DNA from: Rhodocyclaceae bacterium
GTDB taxonomy: Bacteria > Pseudomonadota > Gammaproteobacteria > Burkholderiales > Rhodocyclaceae
DNA length: 64,000 nt
NCBI GenBank assembly: GCA_044230495.1
Contig: JBGARB010000004.1
Coordinates: 438-64,437, forward strand
Direction: 5' to 3'
Shown piece after piece: positions 1-9,455 of the stretch. The notes under the pieces are model-generated. The model made no database searches. It had not been told where the DNA came from and saw only the letters and a program-made list of their open reading frames with translations. The number at the start of each line of letters is the position of its first letter. Within the stretch, counting starts at the first letter, position 1. Both the position numbers and the translations under genes were made by a program.

Positions 1-1399
1 TGCCGGCCAGCAGGACGACATCGTCAGCCGCCGCCGCGCCGATCGCGCGCATGATCGCGGCGCCGCGTTCGGCATCGACAACGCGTTCGGCGCCCGCCGT
101 CATGCCGGCGACGATCTGATCGATGATCGCCTGCGGCGGCTCGCTGCGCGGATTGTCGCTGGTCACCCAGCTCACGTCGGCGAGCCGCTCGGCGATGGCG
201 CCCATCAAGGGCCGCTTGCCCGGATCGCGGTCACCGCCGCAGCCGAACACGCAATGCAGCCGGCCGCCGCGTGCCCGCGCCGTCTCGCGCAGGCTGCCCA
301 GCACCTGCTCCAGCGCGTCCGGCGTATGGGCGTAGTCGACGACCACCAAGGGTTCGTTGGCGCCGCCCAGCGCCTGCATGCGCCCGGGTGGAGGCGCAAG
401 GTGTGTCAGCGCGCCGGCGATGTCGCCAAGCGCATGACCATGCGCGCGCAGCACGCCGATGACCACCAGCAGGTTGGCGACGTTGAAGCGGCCGACCACG
501 GGAGATGCAAAGCAGACCCCGTCGACCTTGAAGGCGACGCCGCCGGCGCTGAAATCGAGCTCTCGTGCCAGCAACGTCCTGCCGCGCCACGCGGCGGGGA
601 TGCTGGCCGCGTCGAGTGCGCAGGCAAAACCCTCGACGGCGCGCGGCAGCCCGAGGGCCAACGTGCGACCAAACGCGTCATCGACGTTGATGACGGCAGC
701 AGGCAGCGCCGGCCAGGCGAACAGCCGCGCCTTGGCCTCGGCATAGGTCGCCATGTCGCCGTGGTAGTCCAGATGGTCGCGCGTGAGGTTGGTAAAGGCG
801 GCGACGGCGAAACGCGCCGCGCACACGCGGCCCTGCGCGATGCCGATCGACGAAACCTCCATCGCGCAGGCCGGCAGGCCGCGGGCGACGAAGCCGGCCA
901 GCGTTTCATGCACCGCCACGGCGTCGGGCGTGGTGTTCGGCGATTCCGCCAGCTCGCCGGGCAGGCCGCTGCCCAGTGTCCCGATGACCGCGCAGGGCGT
1001 GCCTAGCCGGCCCATGGCCTGCGCGATCCATTGCGTCACCGAGGTCTTGCCGTTGGTGCCGGTGACGCCGGCGAGCCAGAGTTGCGCACTGGGATGCCCA
1101 TACACCACGTCGGCAAGGCCGCCGACGCGGTGCGCCAGCCCCTTGACGACGACGATCGGCGCGCGTTTTGCGCCAGGCGCCGTGTCACCACCACTGTAGT
1201 TTGGCGGCGTGCCGTCCTCGGCGACGACGGCGGCGGCGCCGCGCGCCAGCGCATCGGCGATGAACGCGCGGCCATCGACGCGCGCACCGCGCAGCGCGAC
1301 GAAGATGTCGCCGGGCTGCACGCGGCGAGAATCGGCACACAGCCTGCGCGCGACGACGCCGTGGGCGGCGAGCGCATCGAGGATCGCCTGCGGATTCAC
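1..1399 (-). CDS. murE: UDP-N-acetylmuramoyl-L-alanyl-D-glutamate--2,6-diaminopimelate ligase (MurE); 3' end runs off the window
   Basis: My own minus-strand translation from GTG at 1399 reads VNPQAILDAL...LAGVTGTNGKTS (Mur ligase P-loop)...VTSDNPRSEP. It stays open to position 1, so it is absent from the ORF track. It lies directly downstream of ftsI, as in dcw clusters. The start codon choice is uncertain. Confidence 0.85.
   Translation of the reverse strand, partial: MNPQAILDALAAHGVVARRLCADSRRVQPGDIFVALRGARVDGRAFIADALARGAAAVVAEDGTPPNYSGGDTAPGAKRAPIVVVKGLAHRVGGLADVVYGHPSAQLWLAGVTGTNGKTSVTQWIAQAMGRLGTPCAVIGTLGSGLPGELAESPNTTPDAVAVHETLAGFVARGLPACAMEVSSIGIAQGRVCAARFAVAAFTNLTRDHLDYHGDMATYAEAKARLFAWPALPAAVINVDDAFGRTLALGLPRAVEGFACALDAASIPAAWRGRTLLARELDFSAGGVAFKVDGVCFASPVVGRFNVANLLVVIGVLRAHGHALGDIAGALTHLAPPPGRMQALGGANEPLVVVDYAHTPDALEQVLGSLRETARARGGRLHCVFGCGGDRDPGKRPLMGAIAERLADVSWVTSDNPRSEPPQAIIDQIVAGMTAGAERVVDAERGAAIMRAIGAAAADDVVLLAG
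1178..1202 (-). repeat. 25-bp dispersed repeat, copy 1 (AAACTACAGTGGTGGTGACACGGCG)
   Basis: Read directly. It lies inside murE in the sense orientation and is translated NYSGGDTA, in the variable region before the P-loop. Confidence 0.9.
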
Positions 1400-3126
1400 A
1401 ACTTTTTCTCCGCGGGCGCGGCATTGGCCATCACCAGCGGCTTGAGCGGCGCGTCGGGCGCGACGCCCAGCGCCCGCAGCGAGCCGCCCATGATCTCGGC
1501 GAACACCGGTGCGGCGACATCGCCGCCGTAGTGCTTGCCCTGCGGTTCGTCGATGGCCACGGCAACGATCAGGCGCGGTTCGGAGGCCGGCGCGAAGCCG
1601 ACGAAAGAGGACAGGTACTTGTTCACGTACACGCCCTCCTCGATCTTGTGCGCCGTGCCGGTCTTGCCGGCGACGCGATAGCCCGGCACCTGCGCCGCCG
1701 GCGCCGTGCCGCCCGGCTGCACCGCCATCTCGAGCATGGCGCGGACTTCGCGTGCGGTCTGCGGCGTAAATACCGTCGCCGGCTGCGGCAGCGGCGCTGC
1801 GACGCGCACCAGCGAGAGCGGCAGCATGTCGCCATCGCGCGCGAACACCTGGTAGGCGCGCGCCATGTGCATCAGCGACACCGACAAGCCGTGGCCGTAG
1901 GCCATCGTCGCCTGCTCGATCGGCTTCCAGGTTTTCGCCGCCCGCAAGCGCCCGGCGCTGGCGCCGGGGAACCCGATCTGCACCGGCGCGCCGAAGCCGA
2001 GGGAGCGGAAGCCGCGGTCCATGTCGCCGGCTTCCAGGTCCAACGCCACCTTGGCGATGCCGACGTTGGACGATTTCTGGATCACTTCGGCGAGCGTGAG
2101 CAGGCCATGCTTGTGGGCATCGGAAATCTTGGCCTTGCCGATGGTCAGCGATCCGGGCGCGGTCTGGATCGGCGTATTGAAGCGGACGTTGCCCTTGTCC
2201 ATCGCCAGCGCGGCGACGAAGGGCTTCATCGTCGAACCCGGCTCGAAAGTGTCGGTGATCGCGCGATTGCGCAATTGCGGGCCGGAAAGCCGCGCGCGGT
2301 TGTTCGGGTTGTAGGTCGGCAGGTTGGCCAGCGCGAGGATTTCGCCGGTGCGCACGTCGATCGCCACCACGCTCGCGGCGCGGGCGCGCGTGTCGCGCAT
2401 GGCGCGCTCCAGCGCGGCGAAGGCGAGGTGCTGCACCTTGGCGTCCAGCGCCAGCACGATATCCTTGCCGTCCTGCGGCGCACGGATGCTTTCGACATCC
2501 TCGACGACATTGCCGCGGCGATCCTTGATGACCCGCCGGCTGCCGTTGCGACCCGCCAGCTCGGCCTGATAGGCACGCTCGATGCCCTCCTGCCCGGCAT
2601 CGTCTACGCCGGTGAAGCCGAGCATGTGCGCCATCGTTTCGCCGGACGGGTAGTAGCGACGGTATTCGTCCTGCTGGTGGAGGCCGGGCAGCTTCATGGC
2701 GGCGATGCGCGCGGCCAGCTCCGGGCTGATCTGGCGTTTGAGATAAACGAAGTCGCGGTCGCTGCCAAGCTTCTGCGTCAGCTCGCGGCTTTCCATGCCC
2801 AGCAGCTTCGCTAGCTCGCGCAGTTGCGACGGCGCAAGCTGGGCGTCGTCCGGAATCGCCCACAAGGACTTGACCGGCGTCGACACCGCCAGCACGCCGC
2901 CGTGGCGATCGACGATGCGCCCGCGCGTGGCCGGGATCTCGAGCTGCCGTTCATAACGGGCGCGACCCTTCTCGCCGAGAAATTCGTTGTTCACGCCCTG
3001 CAAGAAGAGCGCGCGCCCGGCCTGCGTGGCGAATCCCGCCAGCAGCAAGCCGAGCAGCACGCGTCGACGCCATGCCGGCAGACGCGACGACAACAGCGGA
3101 TTGCGCCCAACGCGACGGCTGATCAT
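1396..3126 (-). CDS. ftsI: peptidoglycan D,D-transpeptidase FtsI (PBP3)
   Basis: Taken from ORF 1396..3450. I chose the start at [12 protein letters not shown] (ATG 3126), which overlaps the ftsL stop as ATGA. It has an N-terminal TM segment, PBP dimerisation and transpeptidase regions (STMKP, SSN, KTGT motifs visible), and dcw synteny. Confidence 0.9.
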   Translation of the reverse strand: MISRRVGRNPLLSSRLPAWRRRVLLGLLLAGFATQAGRALFLQGVNNEFLGEKGRARYERQLEIPATRGRIVDRHGGVLAVSTPVKSLWAIPDDAQLAPSQLRELAKLLGMESRELTQKLGSDRDFVYLKRQISPELAARIAAMKLPGLHQQDEYRRYYPSGETMAHMLGFTGVDDAGQEGIERAYQAELAGRNGSRRVIKDRRGNVVEDVESIRAPQDGKDIVLALDAKVQHLAFAALERAMRDTRARAASVVAIDVRTGEILALANLPTYNPNNRARLSGPQLRNRAITDTFEPGSTMKPFVAALAMDKGNVRFNTPIQTAPGSLTIGKAKISDAHKHGLLTLAEVIQKSSNVGIAKVALDLEAGDMDRGFRSLGFGAPVQIGFPGASAGRLRAAKTWKPIEQATMAYGHGLSVSLMHMARAYQVFARDGDMLPLSLVRVAAPLPQPATVFTPQTAREVRAMLEMAVQPGGTAPAAQVPGYRVAGKTGTAHKIEEGVYVNKYLSSFVGFAPASEPRLIVAVAIDEPQGKHYGGDVAAPVFAEIMGGSLRALGVAPDAPLKPLVMANAAPAEKKL

Positions 3127-3389
3127 GGCCGGGCCTCGATGGCGAGGATCTCGCCGGCGGCGGGACCGCGCATGCCGAGGCGCTCGCGGGCGATCCGCTC
3201 GATGCGCGCCGGTGCCGCGACGGTGTGCAGCTCCAGTTGCAGTTGCCCCCATTCCACATCGAGGGCGCGGGTCCGCTTCTGTTCGACGTCGAGTGCCGAA
3301 TAGAGCGTGCGGGCGCGGTGGTTGGCATTCACCGTCGACAGCGCGCAGACCACGGCGATGAGCAACAGGACGAGATTGACGCGCGTCAT
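3123..3389 (-). CDS. ftsL: cell division protein FtsL
   Basis: An 88-aa protein, [21 protein letters not shown]..., with one TM helix followed by a coiled region. It sits between rsmH and ftsI. Confidence 0.85.
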   Translation of the reverse strand: MTRVNLVLLLIAVVCALSTVNANHRARTLYSALDVEQKRTRALDVEWGQLQLELHTVAAPARIERIARERLGMRGPAAGEILAIEARP

Positions 3390-4321
3390 GCGGCGGCCCC
3401 GATGCGTTCGGCCACGCGCAGCACGGCGCTTCTGGCGCGCGGATTGTCATTCACCTCTGCGGCGTCGGCGAAGATCGGCTTGCCGACCAGGCGCAACGGC
3501 GGCGCCGGCAACTCGGCGGCACGCACCGGCACGCCCCGGGGCGGTTGCGGCGCATTCGACTGCTCGCGCAGGAAGCGCTTGACGATGCGATCTTCCAGCG
3601 AATGAAAGCTGATCACCGCCAGCCGCCCTCCTTGCGCCAGTCGTCCCGCAGCCGCGGGCAATGCTAGCGACAGCTCTTCAAGCTCGCGATTGACGTGAAT
3701 CCGTAGAGCCTGGAAGGTGCGCGTCGCCGGGTGCTGGCCGGGCTCGCGCGTGCGCACGACTTGCGCCACGAGCGTGGCCAGCTCTCCTGTCCTTGCAATA
3801 CGTTGTTCGCGCCGAGCAGCAACAAGCGCCTTTGCAACCGCATGAGCAAACCGTTCTTCGCCATAGTCCCTCACCACCCTTTCGATGTCAGCTTCTGATG
3901 CCCGCGCCAGAAAATCGGCGGCGGTCTCCCCCCTCGTGGTGTCCATGCGCATGTCCAGCGGCGCATCGAACCGGAAGCTCATGCCGCGCTCGGCCGTATC
4001 GAGCTGAGGCGACGACACGCCGATGTCCATCAGCACGCCATCCACCTGCCCGACGCCTTGCGCATCGAGTACCGCGCCCATCTCGCTGAATGGCGCATGA
4101 ATCAGGGCCAGCCGCGGATCGCCCAGCGACGCGCCGGCGGCAATCGCCTGCGGATCGCGATCGAGCGCGATCAGCCGGCCCGCCGGACCGATCTGCGCAA
4201 GGATCGCCCGCGCGTGTCCGCCGCGCCCGAAGGTCGCATCGACGTAGATGCCGCCGGGCCGGATGGCCAGCGCCGCCACCGCCTGCGCGAGCAGCACCGG
4301 GACGTGGACGAGCGCAGTCAC
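3386..4321 (-). CDS. rsmH: 16S rRNA (cytosine1402-N4)-methyltransferase RsmH
   Basis: Taken from ORF 3386..4609. The start is trimmed to GTG at 4321 ([11 protein letters not shown]...), which overlaps the mraZ stop. HVPVLL and DATFGRGGH motifs are present. The length (311 aa) is typical. Confidence 0.9.
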   Translation of the reverse strand: MTALVHVPVLLAQAVAALAIRPGGIYVDATFGRGGHARAILAQIGPAGRLIALDRDPQAIAAGASLGDPRLALIHAPFSEMGAVLDAQGVGQVDGVLMDIGVSSPQLDTAERGMSFRFDAPLDMRMDTTRGETAADFLARASEADIERVVRDYGEERFAHAVAKALVAARREQRIARTGELATLVAQVVRTREPGQHPATRTFQALRIHVNRELEELSLALPAAAGRLAQGGRLAVISFHSLEDRIVKRFLREQSNAPQPPRGVPVRAAELPAPPLRLVGKPIFADAAEVNDNPRARSAVLRVAERIGAAA

Positions 4322-4761
4322 AGCGCAAGGTTTTCCAGTCCCGGGGGCAGCTGATCGCCCATCGCCAGGATGGCTTCCTGTTGCGCCAGCCAAAGCGCCT
4401 CGGACCAGACCTCGAAATGAGTGCCCTGGCCGACCATCCATACCGATTTTTCGAGCGCGGCGAACTGCCGCAGCGCGGGCGACACCAGCAGGCGACCGGC
4501 AGCGTCGATCTCGACATCCTCGGCAAAGCCGACGAGCAGCCGGCGCACGCGCGCCGTATCGACCTGCAGCGAGGGCGCCGCCAGCACCTGGGCGCGGATC
4601 GGCTGCCACGCCGGCTCCGGATAGAGCAGCAGGCAGCGGTGCGGATGAGCCGTCAGCACGAGGCGGCCATGGCCCGGTGAGGTCAGCGCGTCACGATGCT
4701 TTGCCGGAACCGCCATGCGGCCCTTGGCATCGAGACTCAGCGCTGTCGCACCCTGGAACAT
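4318..4761 (-). CDS. mraZ: transcriptional regulator MraZ
   Basis: The start is at [15 protein letters not shown] (ATG 4761), preceded by GGAGGGGG. It is the first gene of the dcw cluster. Confidence 0.9.
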   Translation of the reverse strand: MFQGATALSLDAKGRMAVPAKHRDALTSPGHGRLVLTAHPHRCLLLYPEPAWQPIRAQVLAAPSLQVDTARVRRLLVGFAEDVEIDAAGRLLVSPALRQFAALEKSVWMVGQGTHFEVWSEALWLAQQEAILAMGDQLPPGLENLAL

Positions 4762-4798
4762 GCCCCCTCCTGGAGCGCTCGATTCGAACGCTCGTTTG

Positions 4799-4823
4799 CC
4801 CACCGTTTCCCACTTAAACCCAC
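4799..4823 (-). promoter_or_regulatory. candidate MraZ operator: three GTGGG direct repeats at 10-bp spacing
   Basis: CCCAC occurs on the + strand at 4799, 4809 and 4819 (GTGGG on the gene strand), 38-62 nt upstream of the mraZ ATG. This matches the known MraZ operator architecture of repeated (T)GGG(N) boxes one helical turn apart. Confidence 0.5.
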
Positions 4824-5056
4824 TCTAAGACACTTTTCTACACCCGTCAAGCGCTTTTCAGTGATTTTTCCCAATCGAACAAGGGCTTACGTTGCATCCA
4901 GGTGGAAATTGCATAGTCATTAAAAATCCGTTGGTTAGACGCAAATGTGAATGTCGATTATTCGAAATGTGCCTGCGCGGCGCGCCGCGGGCGACCCATC
5001 GACGCATAACGTCTTTCGATCAGGCCGGCAGCAGCCTTGCGATATGCTCGTCAGCC

Positions 5057-6529
5057 ATGGCGCAGACCCTGACACTGTCCCGCGCAGCCCACCTGATCGG
5101 CATTTCGCGGACTGAACTGCAGCAACGCATCCACAACGGCGAATTGCCCTCCTTTGACGGCACGGTGACCGCCGAGGACCTGTTGCGTGCGTATCCGCAA
5201 GCGCAGCTGGAGCAAAGCGGCGCCTTCGAGAAGGTCGTCGGCATCCGCGACGATGCGTTCGCCAAACGCTTGCGCGAACGTGTTCTGCCCACGCAGGAAG
5301 TGCTGGCACGCCGGCTGTTCCTGCAAGCACAAGAGCTGGCCGAAGCGCGCCGCCACCTGACGCGTTACCACGCGCTGCTCGACGCCGTACGCACGCGCAT
5401 CGACGCCGTGCCCGTGCCTGACCCCGCCGAGATCGCCCGCCTGCTCGACGACGGACTGGCCGACGTGCTGGCCAGCAGCGCCGCCGCCGATGCCGCCACC
5501 ATGGTCGAGACGCTGACCACCGTGATGCGCGTGATGTCGGCGCAAGTGACGCTGCGGCCGTCGGGGCACGAGTTCTACGTCGATGGTTCGGAGACGCTGC
5601 TCAAATCGGCCCTGGCCGCGGGCCTGGCGCCGAACTACGGCTGCGGCAATGGCACTTGCGGACTGTGCAAATGCCGGGTGATCGAAGGCGAAGTCCGGCC
5701 CGTCGTCCACGCCGACTACCCGTTCTCTGCCGCCGAGCGCGCGCAGGGCTTCGCATTGATGTGCTGCAACACGGCCGTCAGCCCCGAACTGGTCATCGAG
5801 GCGATCGAGGCCGGCGCGGCGGCGGATGTGCCCGAACAGCGCCTCATCGCCCGCGTTCGTGCGATCGACACGCTGGGCGGTGACGTGCTGCGCCTGCATC
5901 TGCAAACACCGCGCAGCAACCGCCTGCGCTTCTTCGCCGGGCAGCGCGTCACGCTGGGCCTGAGTGGCGCGAGCGATGCCCACGGCGATTTCCCCATCGC
6001 CAGTTGTCCGTGCGACGATCGCAACCTGCATTTCCACTTGTCGCGCAGCGAAGTGCGCGAACAGGCGGCGCGCTTCGTGCATGCCGCATTTGCCGGACAG
6101 ATCAAGGCCGGCGACGACATCTCGGTGTGGGGTCCGTGGGGCGACTTCACGCTGCCCGCCGACGATCTGCGCCCGCTGCTGTTCGTCGCCGTCGACCATG
6201 GCTACGCACCGATCGCCAGCCTCATCGAGCACGCACTGGCGCAGGACGACGCCCGCCCCATCACCCTCGTCTGGCTTTCGTCACAACCGGGCGGCATCTA
6301 CCTGCCCAATCCGGCACGCGCCTGGGCCGATGCGATCGAAAGCTTCGAGTTCCTGCCCGTGGTCGCCGACGATCCTGTCGCCGCTCTGGCCGAGCGGCTG
6401 CCGGAGCAGATGGCGCTCGCTGCGGCGTCCGTGTATGTCGCGGCACCGCCTGCCGACCTTGATCGCCTGCTCCCGGCCTTGCGCGAAGCAGGTGCCGACC
6501 CGAAACGCCTGCGTGGCGAAGCGTGCTGA
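5057..6529 (+). CDS. multidomain protein: N-terminal HTH-like segment, plant-type 2Fe-2S ferredoxin domain, FNR-like (FAD/NAD-binding fold) domain
   Basis: Taken from ORF 4892..6529, with the start trimmed to MAQTLTLSRAAHLIGISRTELQQRIHNGEL (ATG 5057). A CGNGTCGLCKC...C cluster is typical of 2Fe-2S ferredoxins. The following ~230 aa resemble ferredoxin-reductase folds, but the RxYS and GGxGxxP positions look degenerate (FPIASCP, VAVDHGYAPI). Confidence 0.65.
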   Translation: MAQTLTLSRAAHLIGISRTELQQRIHNGELPSFDGTVTAEDLLRAYPQAQLEQSGAFEKVVGIRDDAFAKRLRERVLPTQEVLARRLFLQAQELAEARRHLTRYHALLDAVRTRIDAVPVPDPAEIARLLDDGLADVLASSAAADAATMVETLTTVMRVMSAQVTLRPSGHEFYVDGSETLLKSALAAGLAPNYGCGNGTCGLCKCRVIEGEVRPVVHADYPFSAAERAQGFALMCCNTAVSPELVIEAIEAGAAADVPEQRLIARVRAIDTLGGDVLRLHLQTPRSNRLRFFAGQRVTLGLSGASDAHGDFPIASCPCDDRNLHFHLSRSEVREQAARFVHAAFAGQIKAGDDISVWGPWGDFTLPADDLRPLLFVAVDHGYAPIASLIEHALAQDDARPITLVWLSSQPGGIYLPNPARAWADAIESFEFLPVVADDPVAALAERLPEQMALAAASVYVAAPPADLDRLLPALREAGADPKRLRGEAC

Positions 6530-6556
6530 CGCTGCTCGCGGTAGCATGCGGGCACG

Positions 6557-6928
6557 ATGAATCAACGCAAGATCATTCCGCTGCATCCGGTCAGCGACGA
6601 AGACCCGACGGTGAAATCCTGTGCCGGCGGCGAACCCTTTGCCCTGATGGTGCTTGGCGACAGCATGGAGCCCGAATTCGTCGAGGGCGACATCATCCTC
6701 GTCGAACCCGAAGGCCTGGCGACCGATGGCAGCTACGTGCTGGCGCAGGTCGAGGACGAATGGGTCTTCCGGCAATTGCGCCGGCAAGGCGAGGGATGGC
6801 AACTCGCCGCGCTCAATGCCGCCTATCCGTCGGCCGCGATCCCCGCCATCCGCGGCACGGTCAAGGGCGTCATCATCCAGAAATCCAAGCCCGGCCGGCG
6901 CAAGGCCACCGTGCGCTACGTGGACTAG
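6557..6928 (+). CDS. stand-alone S24 (LexA/UmuD-like) peptidase-fold protein with no DNA-binding domain
   Basis: A 123-aa protein containing LGDSMEPEFVEGDIILVEP, the hallmark S24 serine motif. The position equivalent to the catalytic Lys (LexA VTVKRL) reads WVFRQL by my eye alignment. Confidence 0.7.
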   Translation: MNQRKIIPLHPVSDEDPTVKSCAGGEPFALMVLGDSMEPEFVEGDIILVEPEGLATDGSYVLAQVEDEWVFRQLRRQGEGWQLAALNAAYPSAAIPAIRGTVKGVIIQKSKPGRRKATVRYVD

Positions 6929-6934
6929 CCTGCC

Positions 6935-7168
6935 GTGCCCTACTACATCTACCGCGTTACCCCGCTCGGCCCCGTGCGCAATCTCGCGCGTCTCGATCAG
7001 CACGAGGCCTTCAAGCCCGCCTCGAACGAGGCCAAGCGGCTGCGCCGCGAACTCGACCTCGCCCCCGGCGAACTGGTCAAGGTCATCTTCGCCGACAACG
7101 AGTTGCAGGCCGAAGAGCTGCTCAGCCAGGTGCGCGAAGGCGAACCGCTGACGGGAGACGATTGGTAG
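6935..7168 (+). CDS. hypothetical small protein (77 aa)
   Basis: A clean ORF 7 nt after the S24 gene on the same strand. No motif recognised. Confidence 0.5.
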   Translation: MPYYIYRVTPLGPVRNLARLDQHEAFKPASNEAKRLRRELDLAPGELVKVIFADNELQAEELLSQVREGEPLTGDDW

Positions 7169-7175
7169 CGACCGC

Positions 7176-7628
7176 ATGGACGAGTCCGCGTTCCGGCACG
7201 CCAAAGGCGAAATCAACCGCCTGCCCTGCGTCTTCGAACGCGCGCTGCTCGCCCGCCACGGTGTCTGCGAATGCGCCGTGCGGCACCAGATCGGCGAGCG
7301 CGAGACGATCGCCTGTGCGCAACCCGTGGCGCGCGCCGCCTGCGGTGAACTGCTGAACCTGCTGCGCGAAAAGTCCGCCTTCGCGCTGGGCATCGCCGAC
7401 GCCCGTCGTATCCTGCCTCATGCCATGGTGATGAAGATCCAATGCGGCGGCCTCGACGGCCTGCGCGACGCCGTGGCACCCGATGCCGCCGCGCCGAACG
7501 TGCACGCGCTGGTGCGCGCCGGCATCGACGCGCACGGCAGCCTCGCCGCGCTGCCGTTCGAACGCATCGTGCGCGGCATCGCGGCCTGGAAGGGTCGCCG
7601 TCGCCACGGCACGCGGAGCGCAACATGA
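7176..7628 (+). CDS. hypothetical protein (150 aa, several Cys)
   Basis: The ORF starts 8 nt after the previous gene. Its stop overlaps the next start (ATGA at 7625-7628), suggesting translational coupling. No family recognised. Confidence 0.5.
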   Translation: MDESAFRHAKGEINRLPCVFERALLARHGVCECAVRHQIGERETIACAQPVARAACGELLNLLREKSAFALGIADARRILPHAMVMKIQCGGLDGLRDAVAPDAAAPNVHALVRAGIDAHGSLAALPFERIVRGIAAWKGRRRHGTRSAT

Positions 7629-8665
7629 TCGCCGGCCTCGGCACGCTGATCGACACCGTGCAACGCAATTGCGACATCGCCGACGCGCGCCACGCTCGCG
7701 ACGTGACCATGTGCACCTACCTGCTCGGCATGCGCGAGCACTACCGTTGGGAGCATGCGCTGCCGTTCGGCGCCTCGCCGCCGCGTCAGGAAGTCGGTCG
7801 CTGGATCAGCGAGCGCGAAATCGGCTGGGCGCAACTGGACGAGGCCGAGTACGCCCCGCTCGCACTGGGTGACGAAAGCGTCGCGCCCTTCGACGCGCCG
7901 CGCGCCAACGTGCTGCTCAACCGCCACGGCCTCGTCTATGGCGCCGGCATCGGCCGCTTCGGCAAGCCGCATTTCTTCCTTGGCCGGCTGGCCCGCACCG
8001 AACGACGCGACGGCGCGCAGTTGCTCGTCTGCGAATGCGAATACGCGCGCGACATCAGCGCCATTCCGGCGGCTTTGCAGGGCGAGACCATCCTCGTGCG
8101 CCGCGATGCCCTGCGCCAATGGTTGTGGCAGAAGGTCGAGGGCTGGGCGGTGAAGCGCCAGCCGGGCGCACTGGCGCGCGCGCTGGCCGCCTACGACTAC
8201 GATGCCGATCCGCACGCGGCGCTCGAACGCCTCGTCGAGAGCGAGACCGAAACCCTGATCCTGCACGAGACCGGCGAGCTGGCCGCCGGCCGCCTGCTCG
8301 GTCCGGCCTGGCACGAGCGCCTCGCGGCGCTGCGCCATCGCCACGCCGAACTGCTGCTGCGCGCCGTGCGCGACCTGCTCGCCGATTGCCTGGTGACCCT
8401 GCCCGCGCTCGTCGCGCAGCGTCGCGATGCCTCGCTGCATCTGTGGTTCGCCGATTTCGACGGCCTGCGCCGCGAGCTGGCGCCCGGCCTCGCCGCCGCC
8501 TACGGCCAGGCAAACTACAGTGGTGGCGGGACGGCGGTTGACGCCTTGCAGCACGCCATCGCCGCCGGCGCCGCACACTGGCTGCACGTCGCGCGCACGC
8601 TGCTCGATGCCGACGACCACGCGCTGGTGGCGCTGGCGCAGGCGCCGCAATCCCTCACGCTATAG
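7625..8665 (+). CDS. conserved hypothetical protein (346 aa)
   Basis: Taken from ORF 7442..8665, trimmed to MIAGLGTLIDTVQRNCDIAD (ATG 7625). It contains one in-frame copy of the 25-bp repeat (…[16 protein letters not shown]…). Confidence 0.55.
   Translation: MIAGLGTLIDTVQRNCDIADARHARDVTMCTYLLGMREHYRWEHALPFGASPPRQEVGRWISEREIGWAQLDEAEYAPLALGDESVAPFDAPRANVLLNRHGLVYGAGIGRFGKPHFFLGRLARTERRDGAQLLVCECEYARDISAIPAALQGETILVRRDALRQWLWQKVEGWAVKRQPGALARALAAYDYDADPHAALERLVESETETLILHETGELAAGRLLGPAWHERLAALRHRHAELLLRAVRDLLADCLVTLPALVAQRRDASLHLWFADFDGLRRELAPGLAAAYGQANYSGGGTAVDALQHAIAAGAAHWLHVARTLLDADDHALVALAQAPQSLTL
8512..8536 (+). repeat. 25-bp dispersed repeat, copy 2 (AAACTACAGTGGTGGCGGGACGGCG)
   Basis: Lies inside CDS 7625..8665 in the sense orientation, translated NYSGGGTA. 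Confidence 0.9.
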
Positions 8666-8672
8666 TCGTGGC

Positions 8673-9455
8673 ATGCCCGCCACGCTGAATTTCTCGGCCA
8701 ACATTTCGTTCCTGTTTCAGGAGCTGCCGTTCCTCGAACGCTTCCGGGCCGCCGCGAACGCCGGTTTCGAGGCCGTCGAATTCCACTTTCCCTACGCGTG
8801 GGACGCCGCCGCGCTGGCTGAAGTGATGCTCACCTCGGGCACACGTGTCGTGTTGTTCAACCTGCCGGCCGGTGACTGGGCGGCGGGTGAACGCGGCATC
8901 GCCTGCCTGCCCGATCGCGTCGACGAATTCCGCGCCGGCGTTTCGCGTGCCCTCGACTACGCGCGCGCGCTCGACGTACCGCGGCTCAATTGCCTCGCCG
9001 GCATTCCGCCGCCCGGCCTGGCGCGCGACACCGCCATGGCCACGCTCACCGACAACCTGCGTCACGCCGCCCAGGTGCTTGGCGATGCCGGCATCGCGTT
9101 GCTCGTCGAGCCGCTCAACAGCCGCGACAACCCCGGCTTCCTGATTCCCACGTCGCGCCAGATGCTGGCGCTGATCGATGCGGTCGGCGCACCGAATCTG
9201 AAACTGCAATACGACCTCTATCACGCGCAGGTCATGGAAGGCGATCTGGCGGGAACGCTGGCGACGCACTTGCCGCGCATCGGCCATATCCAGTTCGCCG
9301 ACAACCCGGGGCGCCACCAGCCGGGCACCGGCGAAATCCGCTTCGAATTCCTCTTCGCCGAATTGCGGCGACTGGGCTACGCGCATTGGGTCGGCGCCGA
9401 ATACCTGCCACTGGGGGCGACGTCGGACAGCTTCGGCTGGCGGAACGCCCTGTGA
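8673..9455 (+). CDS. hyi: hydroxypyruvate isomerase family protein (xylose-isomerase-like TIM barrel)
   Basis: MPATLNFSANISFLFQELPFLERF...AVEF...HIQFAD...GEI pattern, 260 aa. It is adjacent to glycerate kinase and glcDEF. Confidence 0.8.
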   Translation: MPATLNFSANISFLFQELPFLERFRAAANAGFEAVEFHFPYAWDAAALAEVMLTSGTRVVLFNLPAGDWAAGERGIACLPDRVDEFRAGVSRALDYARALDVPRLNCLAGIPPPGLARDTAMATLTDNLRHAAQVLGDAGIALLVEPLNSRDNPGFLIPTSRQMLALIDAVGAPNLKLQYDLYHAQVMEGDLAGTLATHLPRIGHIQFADNPGRHQPGTGEIRFEFLFAELRRLGYAHWVGAEYLPLGATSDSFGWRNAL

